Positions 37,029-46,637 of a DNA stretch of 64,000 nucleotides are shown piece by piece. The notes under the pieces are model-generated. The model worked only from the letters and a program-made list of their open reading frames with translations. It was not told the DNA's origin and did no database searches. This DNA comes from Myxococcota bacterium. Lineage in GTDB: Bacteria; Myxococcota_A; UBA9160; UBA6930. The position numbers and the translations under genes were made by a program. Location of the stretch: positions 64,001 through 128,000 of the forward strand of contig OZ245015.1 in NCBI GenBank assembly GCA_965223705.1, read 5' to 3'. Position 1 is the stretch's first letter. Each line of letters opens with the position of its first letter.

Positions 37029-38243
37029 CTACGCGTAGTCCGGCACCTCGAGCTTCGGCCAGACGTGCGTCATGAAGGCTTCGAGCTCTTCGATGACTTC
37101 TTCTTTCGGGTTCTGCGCGTAGTGCCAGATGAGCGTGATGTATTCCGCCGGCACCTGATCGTAGATGTCCTGCCACGCCTTGATCGACTGTTCGACCGTA
37201 CCCCCGATAAAGACACCCGAGCCCTTCATGTTCTCGACCCAGTCGGTGTCGGGCTCCTGGGGGAACTGCGGGAAGAAAGGACCGTAGAAGTTCTTGTAGA
37301 TGTCGAGGTCGTACTCGACGAGCTTGCGGTCGTAGTCGAGCTCGGATTCACAGATGTGCGGCCAGCGCACGATGTTCTGGTTCTGGCCGAGCTTCATCTT
37401 GCGACCGAACTTCTCGCTCTCTTCGACGTAGACGTGGGCGTTTTTCACGATGCCGTCGAGCTGCATGAAGTACACGGGAATGAAGTTGTGCTTCGCGCAG
37501 AAGCGGATCGAATCGACACTCTTGCTCGCCGCGACCATCACCGGAGGATGCGGATCCTGATACGGCTTGGGGACGACGCAGATCTTCCGCACGTTCCCGT
37601 CGGCGTCGATCTCGCCGTGCCCGCCCGCTTCGGAGGCGATCCGGTTGGCGGGGTAGCCGACGACGCCGGTGTCGTGAGGGAACGGCGCTTCGTAGAACTC
37701 GCCCTTCAGATCGACCTCGTCCTTCGTCCAGCACTCGAGCAGCATCTCCGCCCGCTCTTCGAAGATCTTGCGATTCCGCTCGTCGTTCTCGCTGCCGTCG
37801 GAAACCGTCGCCGGCGTCTCGGTCCACTGGCCGAGGATGTTGGCCCAGCGCGACTGATAGCCCCGCGCCATGCCGACGAAGTAGCGGCCCTTCGTAATAT
37901 GATCGAGGATCGCCGTTTCCTCAGCGACGCGGATCGGATCTTGCGTCGCCATGACGTAGCCCAGTGCGCCGACGTGCATGCGCTTGAGCTGCCCCGCCCA
38001 CCACGCGTTCAGCACGCCCGGATTCGGCCCGACTTCGTAGCCCTCGGAGTGCAGGTGGTGCTCGATGGTGGAGAAGCCCCAGACCCCGAGCTCCTCCGCT
38101 GCGTGCGCGATGTCCATCCAGCCGTGGAGCGCGTCGTGGTACAGATCGGCATTGCGGCCGATCGGCCGCATCGCCTTGCGCCCCTCCTCGCCTTCCGCCG
38201 GAATCATGGGGTAGAGCTGAATGATGACCTTGGGGCGCGCCAT
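37029..38243 (-). CDS. LLM-class flavin-dependent oxidoreductase
   Basis: EHH, DPIRVAEE.AILDH..KGR, ARGYQ, PKPYQDPHPP. Confidence 0.9.
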   Translation of the reverse strand: MARPKVIIQLYPMIPAEGEEGRKAMRPIGRNADLYHDALHGWMDIAHAAEELGVWGFSTIEHHLHSEGYEVGPNPGVLNAWWAGQLKRMHVGALGYVMATQDPIRVAEETAILDHITKGRYFVGMARGYQSRWANILGQWTETPATVSDGSENDERNRKIFEERAEMLLECWTKDEVDLKGEFYEAPFPHDTGVVGYPANRIASEAGGHGEIDADGNVRKICVVPKPYQDPHPPVMVAASKSVDSIRFCAKHNFIPVYFMQLDGIVKNAHVYVEESEKFGRKMKLGQNQNIVRWPHICESELDYDRKLVEYDLDIYKNFYGPFFPQFPQEPDTDWVENMKGSGVFIGGTVEQSIKAWQDIYDQVPAEYITLIWHYAQNPKEEVIEELEAFMTHVWPKLEVPDYA

Positions 38244-38317
38244 GACGTCTCCTGCGAGCTCTCCCGGGGGAACAGCTCGCTCTCGTGTCGAAGATTCACC
38301 GGGCTCGGGGCCGGTCC

Positions 38318-38341
38318 GGTCGAGGATACGGCTCCTCGACC
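38318..38341. terminator. 9-bp hairpin downstream of CPBP gene
   Basis: GGTCGAGGA-TACGGC-TCCTCGACC. Confidence 0.4.
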
Positions 38342-38359
38342 CGGGGGGTCAATCCGTGC

Positions 38360-39106
38360 CTACGCGCCGAGGGGGTGGATCGCGGCGAGCACGATCATGG
38401 CGTTGTAGCCGGTGTGGACGGCCACGGGGGCCAGGAGACCACCCGTTCGCCAACGGGCGAAAGAGAGAAGCAGCGCGAGCCCCGCGATCGCTACGGTGGC
38501 GGGCGGGAAGCCGGCTGTCTCCGGGAGATGCGCGGCCGTGAAAACGATGGCGACGATTCCCGACGCCAGAAGGGCCCCACAGCGAGACGCGAGAGCCCCC
38601 CACAGCACGCCCCGGAACACGAATTCCTCGATCCAGGGGGCCAGGGCCAAGGCGAGAAGAATCCAGGCGGCACGGGGCCAACCGTCGGCTTCGCCGGGCG
38701 CCAGGCTGGCGATTTCGCCGCCGACCACGCCATCCCGGACGTATCCGAGGTAGGCCACCCCGAACGCGATTCCGAGGGCGAGGTAGACCAGGCAGCGATC
38801 GACGGGAATTTCCCACGAAGCGGATTCCCACGGAGCGCCCTCCGGACCCTCCCAGCGGTGTCGGCTCGCAAGCCACGCGGTCGCGAGACCGGCGAAGCCA
38901 AAACCCACGAGCGAACCCAGAGGCCCCGCGAAACGGACCAGTTCGAGGCGTGCGCCGGGCCCGAGCGACAGATCCTGGAATGCGAAGGAGAGGCCGGCAA
39001 AGGTTCCAACCAAAACCGCCGCCACGAACTGCACCAGGTAGAAGACCCCGAGCAGGCCGGCCGCCCGTGCGGGCCCGAGCGCAGGTGAATGCGGTTGAGG
39101 CGCCAT
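38360..39106 (-). CDS. CPBP/Abi family intramembrane metalloprotease
   Basis: EEFVFRG, FTAAH, HTGYN. Confidence 0.9.
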   Translation of the reverse strand: MAPQPHSPALGPARAAGLLGVFYLVQFVAAVLVGTFAGLSFAFQDLSLGPGARLELVRFAGPLGSLVGFGFAGLATAWLASRHRWEGPEGAPWESASWEIPVDRCLVYLALGIAFGVAYLGYVRDGVVGGEIASLAPGEADGWPRAAWILLALALAPWIEEFVFRGVLWGALASRCGALLASGIVAIVFTAAHLPETAGFPPATVAIAGLALLLSFARWRTGGLLAPVAVHTGYNAMIVLAAIHPLGA

Positions 39107-39136
39107 TCACCACGCTTCGGTCGATGGAGCGCGGCC

Positions 39137-39727
39137 CTAAAGGCCGCCCCACATCACGCGCGCGAACACGGCAAAAGTGAGGAGGCATACGGTTGACGCC
39201 GCGGCGACCCGCCGTCCACCCAGCTCGGGGAAAGCGCGCGCCAACCAGACGCCGGCCCCCGAGAAAATGATGAGCTCCGCGGTGCTCACCCAGTCGCCGT
39301 GGAACCGGGGATCCCAGTACGAAATGGGGCTCGCGAAACGGAAGTCCGAAAGCGGCCAGAAGTGGCGGTGCGCATCGTCGTGGTGCGTCGCGAAATCGGT
39401 CGCCGCGTGAAGTGCCATCGCCGCGAACAGCGCCAGCGCGCGCGGGGCCCTGCGCGCCCACGCGATGCTTGCTCCAAAGGCGATGAGGGGAAGCGAATTC
39501 GGTGCGTCGAAGCCCCACTGCCATCCGGGGTTGAAGTAGCGATCCGACCAGATGACGCTTTCCGGCGTCCCCGAAATCTTGTGGAACGCGTAGAAGAACC
39601 ACATCGGCGCGTCGGGCAATAGCGAACCGGCGGTGATGGCGGGCCACAGAGCGGCGTCGCCGGGCCGACGGAAACGACCCGGCCACAAGAGGGCGAACGC
39701 GGCGAGCACGTGGGAAGGTGTGGTCAG
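39137..39727 (-). CDS. Membrane-bound metal-dependent hydrolase-like protein
   Basis: T-P-S-H N-terminus, LLPD, H...D..THHDDAHRHFWP; CTG start inferred (first GTG 39709). Confidence 0.7.
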   Translation of the reverse strand: MTTPSHVLAAFALLWPGRFRRPGDAALWPAITAGSLLPDAPMWFFYAFHKISGTPESVIWSDRYFNPGWQWGFDAPNSLPLIAFGASIAWARRAPRALALFAAMALHAATDFATHHDDAHRHFWPLSDFRFASPISYWDPRFHGDWVSTAELIIFSGAGVWLARAFPELGGRRVAAASTVCLLTFAVFARVMWGGL

Positions 39728-39739
39728 AAGACCCGACCC

Positions 39740-40093
39740 TTATTCGAGCGTGACGAACACGGAGACCCGGGGCTCGTCGCTCGTCGCGCGACTGATGTGC
39801 CCGCGACCTGTGGTGTCTTCGGCGAGAAAGATGTCGCCCGCTTCAAAGCGGCGTTTCGAGCCGTCGCCGACTTCGATCTCGACGCCACCCCCGGACAAGA
39901 TCAGGATGTATTGGCGCCGCGGCGCGTTGTGCCAATCGTAGTCGTAGTCGGGTCCCGTCGTCCGAAAGATCACGCCTTTGGCTTCTTGCAATTCGGACAT
40001 CATGCCGACCATGCCGTGGTCGCGAAGCGGAATATCGATGTCTTCGAAATGCGATTCGCCGTCGTCTCCAGTGTAGATACGTGTCGCTTTCAT
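39740..40093 (-). CDS. Cupin domain protein
   Basis: WHNAPRRQY..EIEV..EDTTGRGH. Confidence 0.85.
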   Translation of the reverse strand: MKATRIYTGDDGESHFEDIDIPLRDHGMVGMMSELQEAKGVIFRTTGPDYDYDWHNAPRRQYILILSGGGVEIEVGDGSKRRFEAGDIFLAEDTTGRGHISRATSDEPRVSVFVTLE

Positions 40094-40114
40094 TGTCTCC
40101 CCTGTGCGACGAGC

Positions 40115-41323
40115 TCACGCTCCGTGGACGACGCCCGCCTCGCGGAGGGAAGCGATGCGTTTGGCGTCGTAGCCCAGACCCTCGAGAATGGAACGGCTGT
40201 GTTCGCCGAGCTCGGGGGGCGGCAGCGGTTGCTGTTTCGGATGATCGCGCAACTCGATGGGGCTGTTGACGACTCGGGTACCGGGCTGTCCCTCGACTTC
40301 GAGGAAGACCCCGTTGGTCTCCATCTGGGAGTCGTAGGGGACTTCGTCGATGGTTGCGATCTGGCCGAATGTGATGGCGTGATCATCGAGAATCTTCTGC
40401 CATTCGGGCCACGTCCGTTCCAAGAACCGAGCCGAGAGTATCTGAGCCAACTCCGCGGCGTTCTCCCGCCGCTTCTCGATGGGAGCGAACCGGGGGTCCT
40501 CTGCGAGCTCCGGCAGGCCGATCGCCTGGCAGAACTGCGTGAACTCGGTCGCTTCCTTCACCATCACGAGAAAGAACGAGCGACCGTCCTTCGTCCGGTA
40601 GTGATTGACCATCGCGTTCGGGCTGTGCGCCTGGGTGGGAGGCACGTAGGTCGAGCCGCCGCAGAGCGCTGCCTGGATGAGAATGCTGTTCGACCACGCG
40701 CCGTTCGCCATGAGCGAAGTCGACACTTTGGTGCCCTTGCCGGTCTTCTCGCGCGCATAGAGTGCGAGCGCAATGCCGCCGAAGATCGTCATCGCGCTCG
40801 GGTGGTCGCCCATCCCCGCCGTCGAGAGCGCCATTTCGCCTTCCGCCGGCCGCACGGCATCCATCAAGCCCGTGCGCGCCCACCAGGCGGTCGCGTCGTA
40901 GCCCGGTTTCTCGGCGTCGCTTCCGATCTCGCCGTAGCCCGTGCCGTGCGCATAGATCAACCGGTCGTTGACCGCCGACACGTCCTCGTAGCGAATCCGC
41001 AGCTCGTCGAGAACCGACGGGTGGTAGTTCGTGATGAAGATGTCGGCATCCCGGGCGAGGTCGAGCAGGACGTCGCGCCCCTCGTCGCGCTTCAGGTCGA
41101 GCACCAGGCTTTTCTTGTTGCGGCTGTCGAGCATCCAGCAGTAGTTGTCCTCGCATTCGGGCAAGGGCTTCAGGCTGGGGAGCAAGCGATAGGGGTCGCC
41201 GATACCCGGCGGTTCGACGTGGATCACTTCCGCTCCGAAATCCGAAAGCACGGTTCCGGCTGCCGGTGCGAACACGAACGTCGCGACTTCAATGACCTTG
41301 AGTCCTTCGAGCAAACCCGCCAT
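40115..41323 (-). CDS. CaiB/BaiF class III CoA-transferase
   Basis: DFGAEVIHVE, RNKKSL.LDLK, PGYD, MGD, LGEH. Confidence 0.92.
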   Translation of the reverse strand: MAGLLEGLKVIEVATFVFAPAAGTVLSDFGAEVIHVEPPGIGDPYRLLPSLKPLPECEDNYCWMLDSRNKKSLVLDLKRDEGRDVLLDLARDADIFITNYHPSVLDELRIRYEDVSAVNDRLIYAHGTGYGEIGSDAEKPGYDATAWWARTGLMDAVRPAEGEMALSTAGMGDHPSAMTIFGGIALALYAREKTGKGTKVSTSLMANGAWSNSILIQAALCGGSTYVPPTQAHSPNAMVNHYRTKDGRSFFLVMVKEATEFTQFCQAIGLPELAEDPRFAPIEKRRENAAELAQILSARFLERTWPEWQKILDDHAITFGQIATIDEVPYDSQMETNGVFLEVEGQPGTRVVNSPIELRDHPKQQPLPPPELGEHSRSILEGLGYDAKRIASLREAGVVHGA

Positions 41324-41338
41324 CTCAACTCCTTCTTG

Positions 41339-41824
41339 CTACGCGTCTCCGCCATCGGAACGAAGCGCAGTACTCGTTTGTGGAAAACCTCGGGCGAGCG
41401 GTCCGCGGAGCGGGCCACGGCGCGTTTCCTGAGCACCGATTTTCAGCGCTCGCAAGACGGTGCTCCGCTGGGAAGCGTCGAGTCCTTCGGCGACGGTCGC
41501 GAAGGCCGCATCGCCTGTTCGACCCAAGAGTTCGATCAACACGATCGCGTGGTGGGTGAACGCCGACCCTTCGAGTTCGTCGCTGAATACGAGGAGAGCC
41601 CGAAGCGATCCGCTCTCGCCGCCTTCTGCCTGGGCCAAGTTTCGCAGATACTCGAACCCGGCCTCTTCCGCGACGCGCAACACCGTGCGATCGACCCAGA
41701 TCCCGGTGGTCGTGCGCACCATCGCCGGCGGCGCACGCTCTTCCCGCTCGCACGCGACGACCGCGCCGAAGAAGAGGATCGCCCACAACACGGCCAAGGG
41801 ACGGGCGTTCGAAAATTGTCGCAT
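41339..41824 (-). CDS. Hypothetical lipoprotein
   Basis: Signal peptide with VVAC lipobox. Confidence 0.55.
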   Translation of the reverse strand: MRQFSNARPLAVLWAILFFGAVVACEREERAPPAMVRTTTGIWVDRTVLRVAEEAGFEYLRNLAQAEGGESGSLRALLVFSDELEGSAFTHHAIVLIELLGRTGDAAFATVAEGLDASQRSTVLRALKIGAQETRRGPLRGPLARGFPQTSTALRSDGGDA

Positions 41825-41847
41825 GGTCCGGAGCGAAGGCGAAGCGC

Positions 41848-42096
41848 TTAGCTGCGAAGCCGGCGGTACAGAAACAGCAGCAGGACGGCGCCCGCAACGG
41901 CGATCGCCAGGCTGCCGAGGTTGAAACCGGTCACCGGACCCAAGCCGACCATTGAGCCGAGGAATCCGCCGACCACCGCTCCCGCAATCCCGAGCCCCGT
42001 CGTGACCAGCAAACCACCCGGGTCTTTGCCGGGCATCACGAGCTTCGCAACCGCGCCGACCACCAGGCCCAGAATGATCCAAGAAAGAATTCCCAT
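41848..42096 (-). CDS. GlsB/YeaQ/YmgE transglycosylase-associated membrane protein
   Basis: WIILGLVVGAVAKLVMPGKDPGG..GIAGAVVGG. Confidence 0.9.
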   Translation of the reverse strand: MGILSWIILGLVVGAVAKLVMPGKDPGGLLVTTGLGIAGAVVGGFLGSMVGLGPVTGFNLGSLAIAVAGAVLLLFLYRRLRS

Positions 42097-42123
42097 GCCG
42101 CCTCCTCGTAAGCGCCTAACGTA

Positions 42124-42513
42124 TCACGGCTGGGCGGCGTCGAGGCGAACCGGCACGGAGCCCTCGCCGTCGCGCATGAGGCTGATCAGGGCGTCCGCCC
42201 AACCGTACTTTTCCCGCATGAGAGCGTGGATTCGCTCGCGACGCGCCGGCCGTCGGTCCGGCGTCGCGCGGTACGAGGCGGCCGCGCCACCGCGTTCGAC
42301 CGTGACGGTGCCGCCTTCCCCGATCCGACCGAGCCAGGCCGCACCGGGAGTGCCCGCGCGCAACCACAGTGCGCCGTCGTCTTCAACGACCCAGAGCCGG
42401 GTACGGTGCTCGCCGGTATCGAGGGCGACCACTTCGCCGCCGAGTTCAGACGCCGCAAAGATGAACAGGACGAATGCGAAGACGATCGCAATCGCGATTC
42501 CGACCCACTTCAT
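42124..42513 (-). CDS. Split-barrel flavin/deazaflavin-binding-like protein (DUF2255-like)
   Basis: HRTRLWVV..LWLRAG..W..MREKY; N-terminal TM helix. Confidence 0.55.
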   Translation of the reverse strand: MKWVGIAIAIVFAFVLFIFAASELGGEVVALDTGEHRTRLWVVEDDGALWLRAGTPGAAWLGRIGEGGTVTVERGGAAASYRATPDRRPARRERIHALMREKYGWADALISLMRDGEGSVPVRLDAAQP

Positions 42514-42540
42514 GGTCCGGAGGGTAGCGCTCCGGCTCGA

Positions 42541-42750
42541 CTATTCGCCGAGAAGTCGCTTCGTACGCGCTTCAGACTCTTCGACGGAGCGCTGTACGGC
42601 GCTCTCGGCGCGCTCCAGGGTCGTCTTCGGCGACGCATCAGCGGTCTCAGCGGCCGATCCGCCGAGCCACGTCGGAAGGTTTCCGGTGTAGCCCTCGACG
42701 GCCAGCCAAATCGCGGCGGCGATGCAGAGAAAACCCAGTGCTTTGACCAT
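42541..42750 (-). CDS. Small hypothetical membrane-anchored protein
   Basis: SD AGGAGG, N-terminal TM helix, operon packing. Confidence 0.6.
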   Translation of the reverse strand: MVKALGFLCIAAAIWLAVEGYTGNLPTWLGGSAAETADASPKTTLERAESAVQRSVEESEARTKRLLGE

Positions 42751-42758
42751 GGTGCCTC

Positions 42759-43310
42759 CTACGGGGCACTCTTCGGCGAAGCGGTGCCTTCGCGTGAGGG
42801 AGCCGCGTCACCGTTCCCCGGGGTCCCCAAGAGTTGGTCGAGGACGCGCTGGCCGGTTTCGCGAGCGGACTCGCCCATCTTGCGGAGCGCTTCCCCCGCC
42901 TTCTCGGAAACGCGCGCAGAGAGGTCCGGAACTCCGGCGACGCGGCTTCCCGAAGGCAGCGGCGGAGAGAGGTCATCCGCGACTTCGACCCGAACGTGCG
43001 GCGTTCCCAGAATGCCGGCGCCGTCGACGACGAACCGATCGTCGCGGCGCAAAACCACCTCTTCGCTATCGAAGGCCAAGGTGAGTTGGACCTGTGCAGG
43101 ACCAGCCGTTTCCGCTTGCCGCAGCCCTTTCGCTTCAACGCGTCCGACGGGGACACCGCGATAGACCACGGGGGCGCCCACTTCGACGTCGACTTCGTGA
43201 GGGAAGGTGACATAGATTCGTGTCGTCACGGGTCGGTAGGGCAGCCACTCGTAGTGAAACGCCGCCCAAACGCCGAGTGCGGCCACGACGACAAGGGCTC
43301 GCAGAATCAC
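42759..43310 (-). CDS. MlaD/MCE domain protein
   Basis: N-terminal TM helix, GAPVVYRGVPVGRV, GILG. Confidence 0.82.
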   Translation of the reverse strand: MILRALVVVAALGVWAAFHYEWLPYRPVTTRIYVTFPHEVDVEVGAPVVYRGVPVGRVEAKGLRQAETAGPAQVQLTLAFDSEEVVLRRDDRFVVDGAGILGTPHVRVEVADDLSPPLPSGSRVAGVPDLSARVSEKAGEALRKMGESARETGQRVLDQLLGTPGNGDAAPSREGTASPKSAP

Positions 43311-43957
43311 GAACGCCGATAAGCGGGGTCGTCGAGACCCGGCATGGTCAGAAAACCCGGCAAGCTTCGGAATCGCTCGATCCAGGCACAGACGGCCGGG
43401 TACGGCGACAGCGGCACGTCTCCCATCGGTGCGAGAGCGATGTACGGAAAGCACGCGATATCGGCGACCGTGGCATCCGCGCCCACCAACCACGAACGCT
43501 CTCGCAGGTGCGCGTCGAGAATTTCGAGGGACCGGCGACCGCGCGTCTGGCCTTCTGTCGCCGATACCGGGAACTCAAACGGCAACCCGTTTGCCATCAT
43601 GCCGAAGGACACGGCCGCGCGAGCCGTGAAGACGCCGTACTGAATCCAACTCGCCGCGAAAGCCAGCCACTCGAGCACCGCACATTCGAGGCCGAGCTCT
43701 TCGGGCAGCCAACGCCTCTCGGAATCGTAGCTGCGTGCCAGATAGACCAAGATCGCCATCGAATCCCGAAGCACGATGTCGTCGTCGACGAGAACCGGCA
43801 CTTCCCCGCGCGGGTTGATCGCGAGAAACGCTTCGCCGCGCTGCTCGGCTTCCAGGAGATCGACGTGCTCGGATTCGTAGGGAAGCTCGAGAAACGACAG
43901 CAGCAGTCGGACCTTATGGCTGTTGCCGGATTCCGGATGTTCGTAGAGTCGGATCAC
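43307..43957 (-). CDS. Glutathione S-transferase
   Basis: SGNSHKV, INPRGEVP, DSMAIL.YL, TVADIA. Confidence 0.92.
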   Translation of the reverse strand: MIRLYEHPESGNSHKVRLLLSFLELPYESEHVDLLEAEQRGEAFLAINPRGEVPVLVDDDIVLRDSMAILVYLARSYDSERRWLPEELGLECAVLEWLAFAASWIQYGVFTARAAVSFGMMANGLPFEFPVSATEGQTRGRRSLEILDAHLRERSWLVGADATVADIACFPYIALAPMGDVPLSPYPAVCAWIERFRSLPGFLTMPGLDDPAYRRS

Positions 43958-43958
43958 G

Positions 43959-44504
43959 CTACCAGTCCTCGCTTCCCGGGGCGCCCTTCACAGGCCCGCG
44001 GATTTCGTCCGTCAGCCAACCTGCGTAAAACCCGCCGGGCTGGGGCCTCACGCGTCGCCCATCGACGAAACACGCCACGCGTCCGGGGTAGAAACTCACG
44101 TAGTCGGCCAATGCGGAAAACTCGGGGAAGGGATGCGCGTAGGCCCAGGCCACCGGAGGCGTATCGCGCTCGAGGCCGTAGTAGTGCGCCTCGCCTTTCC
44201 ACTCGCAAAGAGATCGGCCCGGGAGGTCGACGAGGAGGTACAACGCGACGTCTCCCGGTGGCAGGTAGAACGTCGGCGGGCTCGCGGTCTCGAGCACCCG
44301 GAACGCCGCACCCGTCTCGGCCAGGCGTCGCGTCCCCGCTTCCACCCGGATGGGTTTTGCCACCGCTTCGAGACGAGGCGGTCGGGGATAGTCCCATACC
44401 GACTCTTCGCCGGCACCCGCGGGCTCGGCGAAGTCGGGCCGGCGATCGCCGCGATACCGCCAGCGAGCGCGAGCGGCTTCGAGCTTTGGATCCCCGAGCG
44501 TCAC
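43959..44504 (-). CDS. DUF427 protein
   Basis: ESVWDYPRPP, LETASPP.FY, CEWKG, FYAGW. Confidence 0.88.
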   Translation of the reverse strand: MTLGDPKLEAARARWRYRGDRRPDFAEPAGAGEESVWDYPRPPRLEAVAKPIRVEAGTRRLAETGAAFRVLETASPPTFYLPPGDVALYLLVDLPGRSLCEWKGEAHYYGLERDTPPVAWAYAHPFPEFSALADYVSFYPGRVACFVDGRRVRPQPGGFYAGWLTDEIRGPVKGAPGSEDW

Positions 44505-45028
44505 GACGACGGATACTTGAGGAGTTCTTGCTCGGAAGCCCCCTCGGCCCGGCGCGCGAGGAGCGCCTCGGGGTCGTAGCGAGCGCCGATCGGGTTCGTC
44601 GCAAACGCTTCGCCTTGGATAAACGCCGTGGCCTCGGCCTTTGATTCAAAACAGTCCACCTGGAACTCGACGCCATTGCCATCGGGATCCCGGTAGTACA
44701 TCGAGAGTGTCAACCCGTGGTGGATGCACCAATAAGGTTCGAGGTCCCTCTCGCGAAGGCGCTCGTACTGATCGAGGAGCGCGTGTGCGGAAGGCACGGT
44801 AAACGCCGCGTGATCGAAACCGACCGCGTCTCCTTCGCCTTCCTTCGCGGGGACACCCATCGCATCGAGGTTTGCGATCGCAAAACGGTGGTGTTCGTCA
44901 TCATGCGACAGGAACGCGAGTTTTTCGTCGCGATGTTGAACGCGAGCCTCGAACACCAAGCGATACCAATCCACCATCTGTTCGAACTTTCGCGTCCGGA
45001 ACACGACGTGCGCGAGCTTCGCTTCCAT
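44501..45028 (-). CDS. VOC family protein (single-domain extradiol dioxygenase-like)
   Basis: LAHVV, DDEHHR, DHAAF, HG.T.SMYY.DPDGNGVE. Confidence 0.88.
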   Translation of the reverse strand: MEAKLAHVVFRTRKFEQMVDWYRLVFEARVQHRDEKLAFLSHDDEHHRFAIANLDAMGVPAKEGEGDAVGFDHAAFTVPSAHALLDQYERLRERDLEPYWCIHHGLTLSMYYRDPDGNGVEFQVDCFESKAEATAFIQGEAFATNPIGARYDPEALLARRAEGASEQELLKYPSS

Positions 45029-45058
45029 GGCCGTCCTCCCTCGGCCTATGATACACGC

Positions 45059-45685
45059 GTGGACCGCTCCCCGACCGATTTCACACTCGACGATCCCCGC
45101 GAGCTCGCTCGTTACGGCGGTTGGACCGAAGACGTCTACCGCGATTTCGACGCGCTCTCGCGAGGGACGTTGCGGCGCGAAGATTTTGACGCGCGCTACT
45201 TGGAAACGCGTGCCGTCCTCGTGCTCGACCTCACGGGATTTACCGAGGCAGCACGACAAGATCCGCTGGAAAGTCTGCTGCGTATCTTCGAGGCCAGGAA
45301 GCTGTGCATCCCCGCGCTGCTCGGGCACGACGCGGCGTTCGTGCGCGCGTTCGCCGACGACTTGGTCGCTCTCTTCGCCCGCCCGGAACCCGCCCTCGAT
45401 GCGGCTCTCGAGATCCACCGCAGGCTCGCGATGCAGACCGACGGTGCGCGATCCCAGGCTTGTATTGGCCTCGGGTACGGAGAGATCTATGCCTTCGGCG
45501 CGAACCGCGCGATGGGCCTCGAAATGAACCTGACAAGCCGCCTGGGTGAGGACACCGCGAAGGGCGCCGAGACGTTGCTGACAGAAGGCGCCTACCGCGA
45601 ACTCGCATCGCGTCGAGACGTCTCCTTCGAGTCTCTGACCGACGGAAGCGCGTTTGCGTACTACCGCGTCACGCCGGCCTCGTGA
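45059..45685 (+). CDS. Class III nucleotide cyclase domain protein
   Basis: VLDLTGFT, RAFADD, IGLGYG, G.EMN.TSRL. Confidence 0.8.
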   Translation: MDRSPTDFTLDDPRELARYGGWTEDVYRDFDALSRGTLRREDFDARYLETRAVLVLDLTGFTEAARQDPLESLLRIFEARKLCIPALLGHDAAFVRAFADDLVALFARPEPALDAALEIHRRLAMQTDGARSQACIGLGYGEIYAFGANRAMGLEMNLTSRLGEDTAKGAETLLTEGAYRELASRRDVSFESLTDGSAFAYYRVTPAS

Positions 45686-45692
45686 ACCGGGC

Positions 45693-46634
45693 CTAGCCAA
45701 AGCCTCCCGCAGTCGGGAGCGGGCGGAGCGGGGCCCTTGGGCCGCGCCTCGGCGGTGATGCCCCCACCTCGTGAATCCAACGCACGACGCGACCGCGCTG
45801 GCCGCGAAACGGCGCGAGCAGATCGAGCATCCGGGCATCGTCCGCGCGTTCTTCGCCGGCCAGGTTGTAGGCGACGATGTTGGGGAGGTGATAGTCACCG
45901 ACCGGAACCGCGTCGGGGTCCCCCAACGCGCGAAACGCGAGAGACTCCGCGGTCCAGGGACCGATCCCCGGGAGTTTTTGGAGGAGCGCTTTCGCTTCTG
46001 CGGGCGGCAGGTCGACCATGGCGTCGATGCGTTTCGCGCGCCAACCGATCTCGCGCAGCAGGGCGCCCTGACGGTAAGGCACGCCCAGCGGAGGGAATGC
46101 CGCTTCGGGAAGTTCGCGCAGCGTTTTCGGAGCCAGGGGAAGCCAGAGCGCGAGGGGCCCGGGCGCGGGTTCCGAGAAGTTGTGGACGAGGTTGCGCAAC
46201 GCGCGGGCGGCTTCCTTCCCGGTCACTTTTTGCTGCAGCACGACGACCACGAGCGCCTCCATCGGGCGATGCGTGCGCGGGAAGCGAGCGCCGGCTGCGC
46301 GCTTCGCCATCGCGCGCAGAGACGAAGGTGGCGTCCAGACGTGGGGATCGTCCGCTGCGCCGACGAGATCGGGAAGCCGATCGAGCAGCCAGTCGGCGCC
46401 GGCACCGAAGGCCTCTGCTACCACCGTTCCGGGAGCGTTGTTCGCGACTTCGATCGCGGCGGCGCCGTCGGGAGTTCGAGCCGCCATGGAAACGCGGGCC
46501 CCGACCCCGAAGGTGCCGCGGCCTCGTCGGACACGCATCGTGGGATCACCGAAACTCGCGCCCAAGGGCGCGAGCGTCCCGACGAGGTCGAGCGGGCCGA
46601 CGACGTCGAGTTGCCGCGTTTTGCTCGCGCTCAA
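45693..46634 (-). CDS. AlkA-like HhH-GPD DNA-3-methyladenine glycosylase
   Basis: LQQKV, LPGIGPWTA, PVGD. Confidence 0.85.
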   Translation of the reverse strand: MSASKTRQLDVVGPLDLVGTLAPLGASFGDPTMRVRRGRGTFGVGARVSMAARTPDGAAAIEVANNAPGTVVAEAFGAGADWLLDRLPDLVGAADDPHVWTPPSSLRAMAKRAAGARFPRTHRPMEALVVVVLQQKVTGKEAARALRNLVHNFSEPAPGPLALWLPLAPKTLRELPEAAFPPLGVPYRQGALLREIGWRAKRIDAMVDLPPAEAKALLQKLPGIGPWTAESLAFRALGDPDAVPVGDYHLPNIVAYNLAGEERADDARMLDLLAPFRGQRGRVVRWIHEVGASPPRRGPRAPLRPLPTAGGFG

Positions 46635-46637
46635 ACG

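Noticed and set aside
38360..39106. Abi protein as abortive-infection defence
   Set aside because: It is a CPBP protease with intact motifs and no defence context
39710..41851. 713-aa plus-strand ORF
   Set aside because: Antisense shadow of cupin, CoA-transferase and lipoprotein genes; typical high-GC artefact
45059..45685. Complete Pycsar anti-phage system
   Set aside because: Flanking genes are on the opposite strand; no cNMP-binding TM or TIR effector
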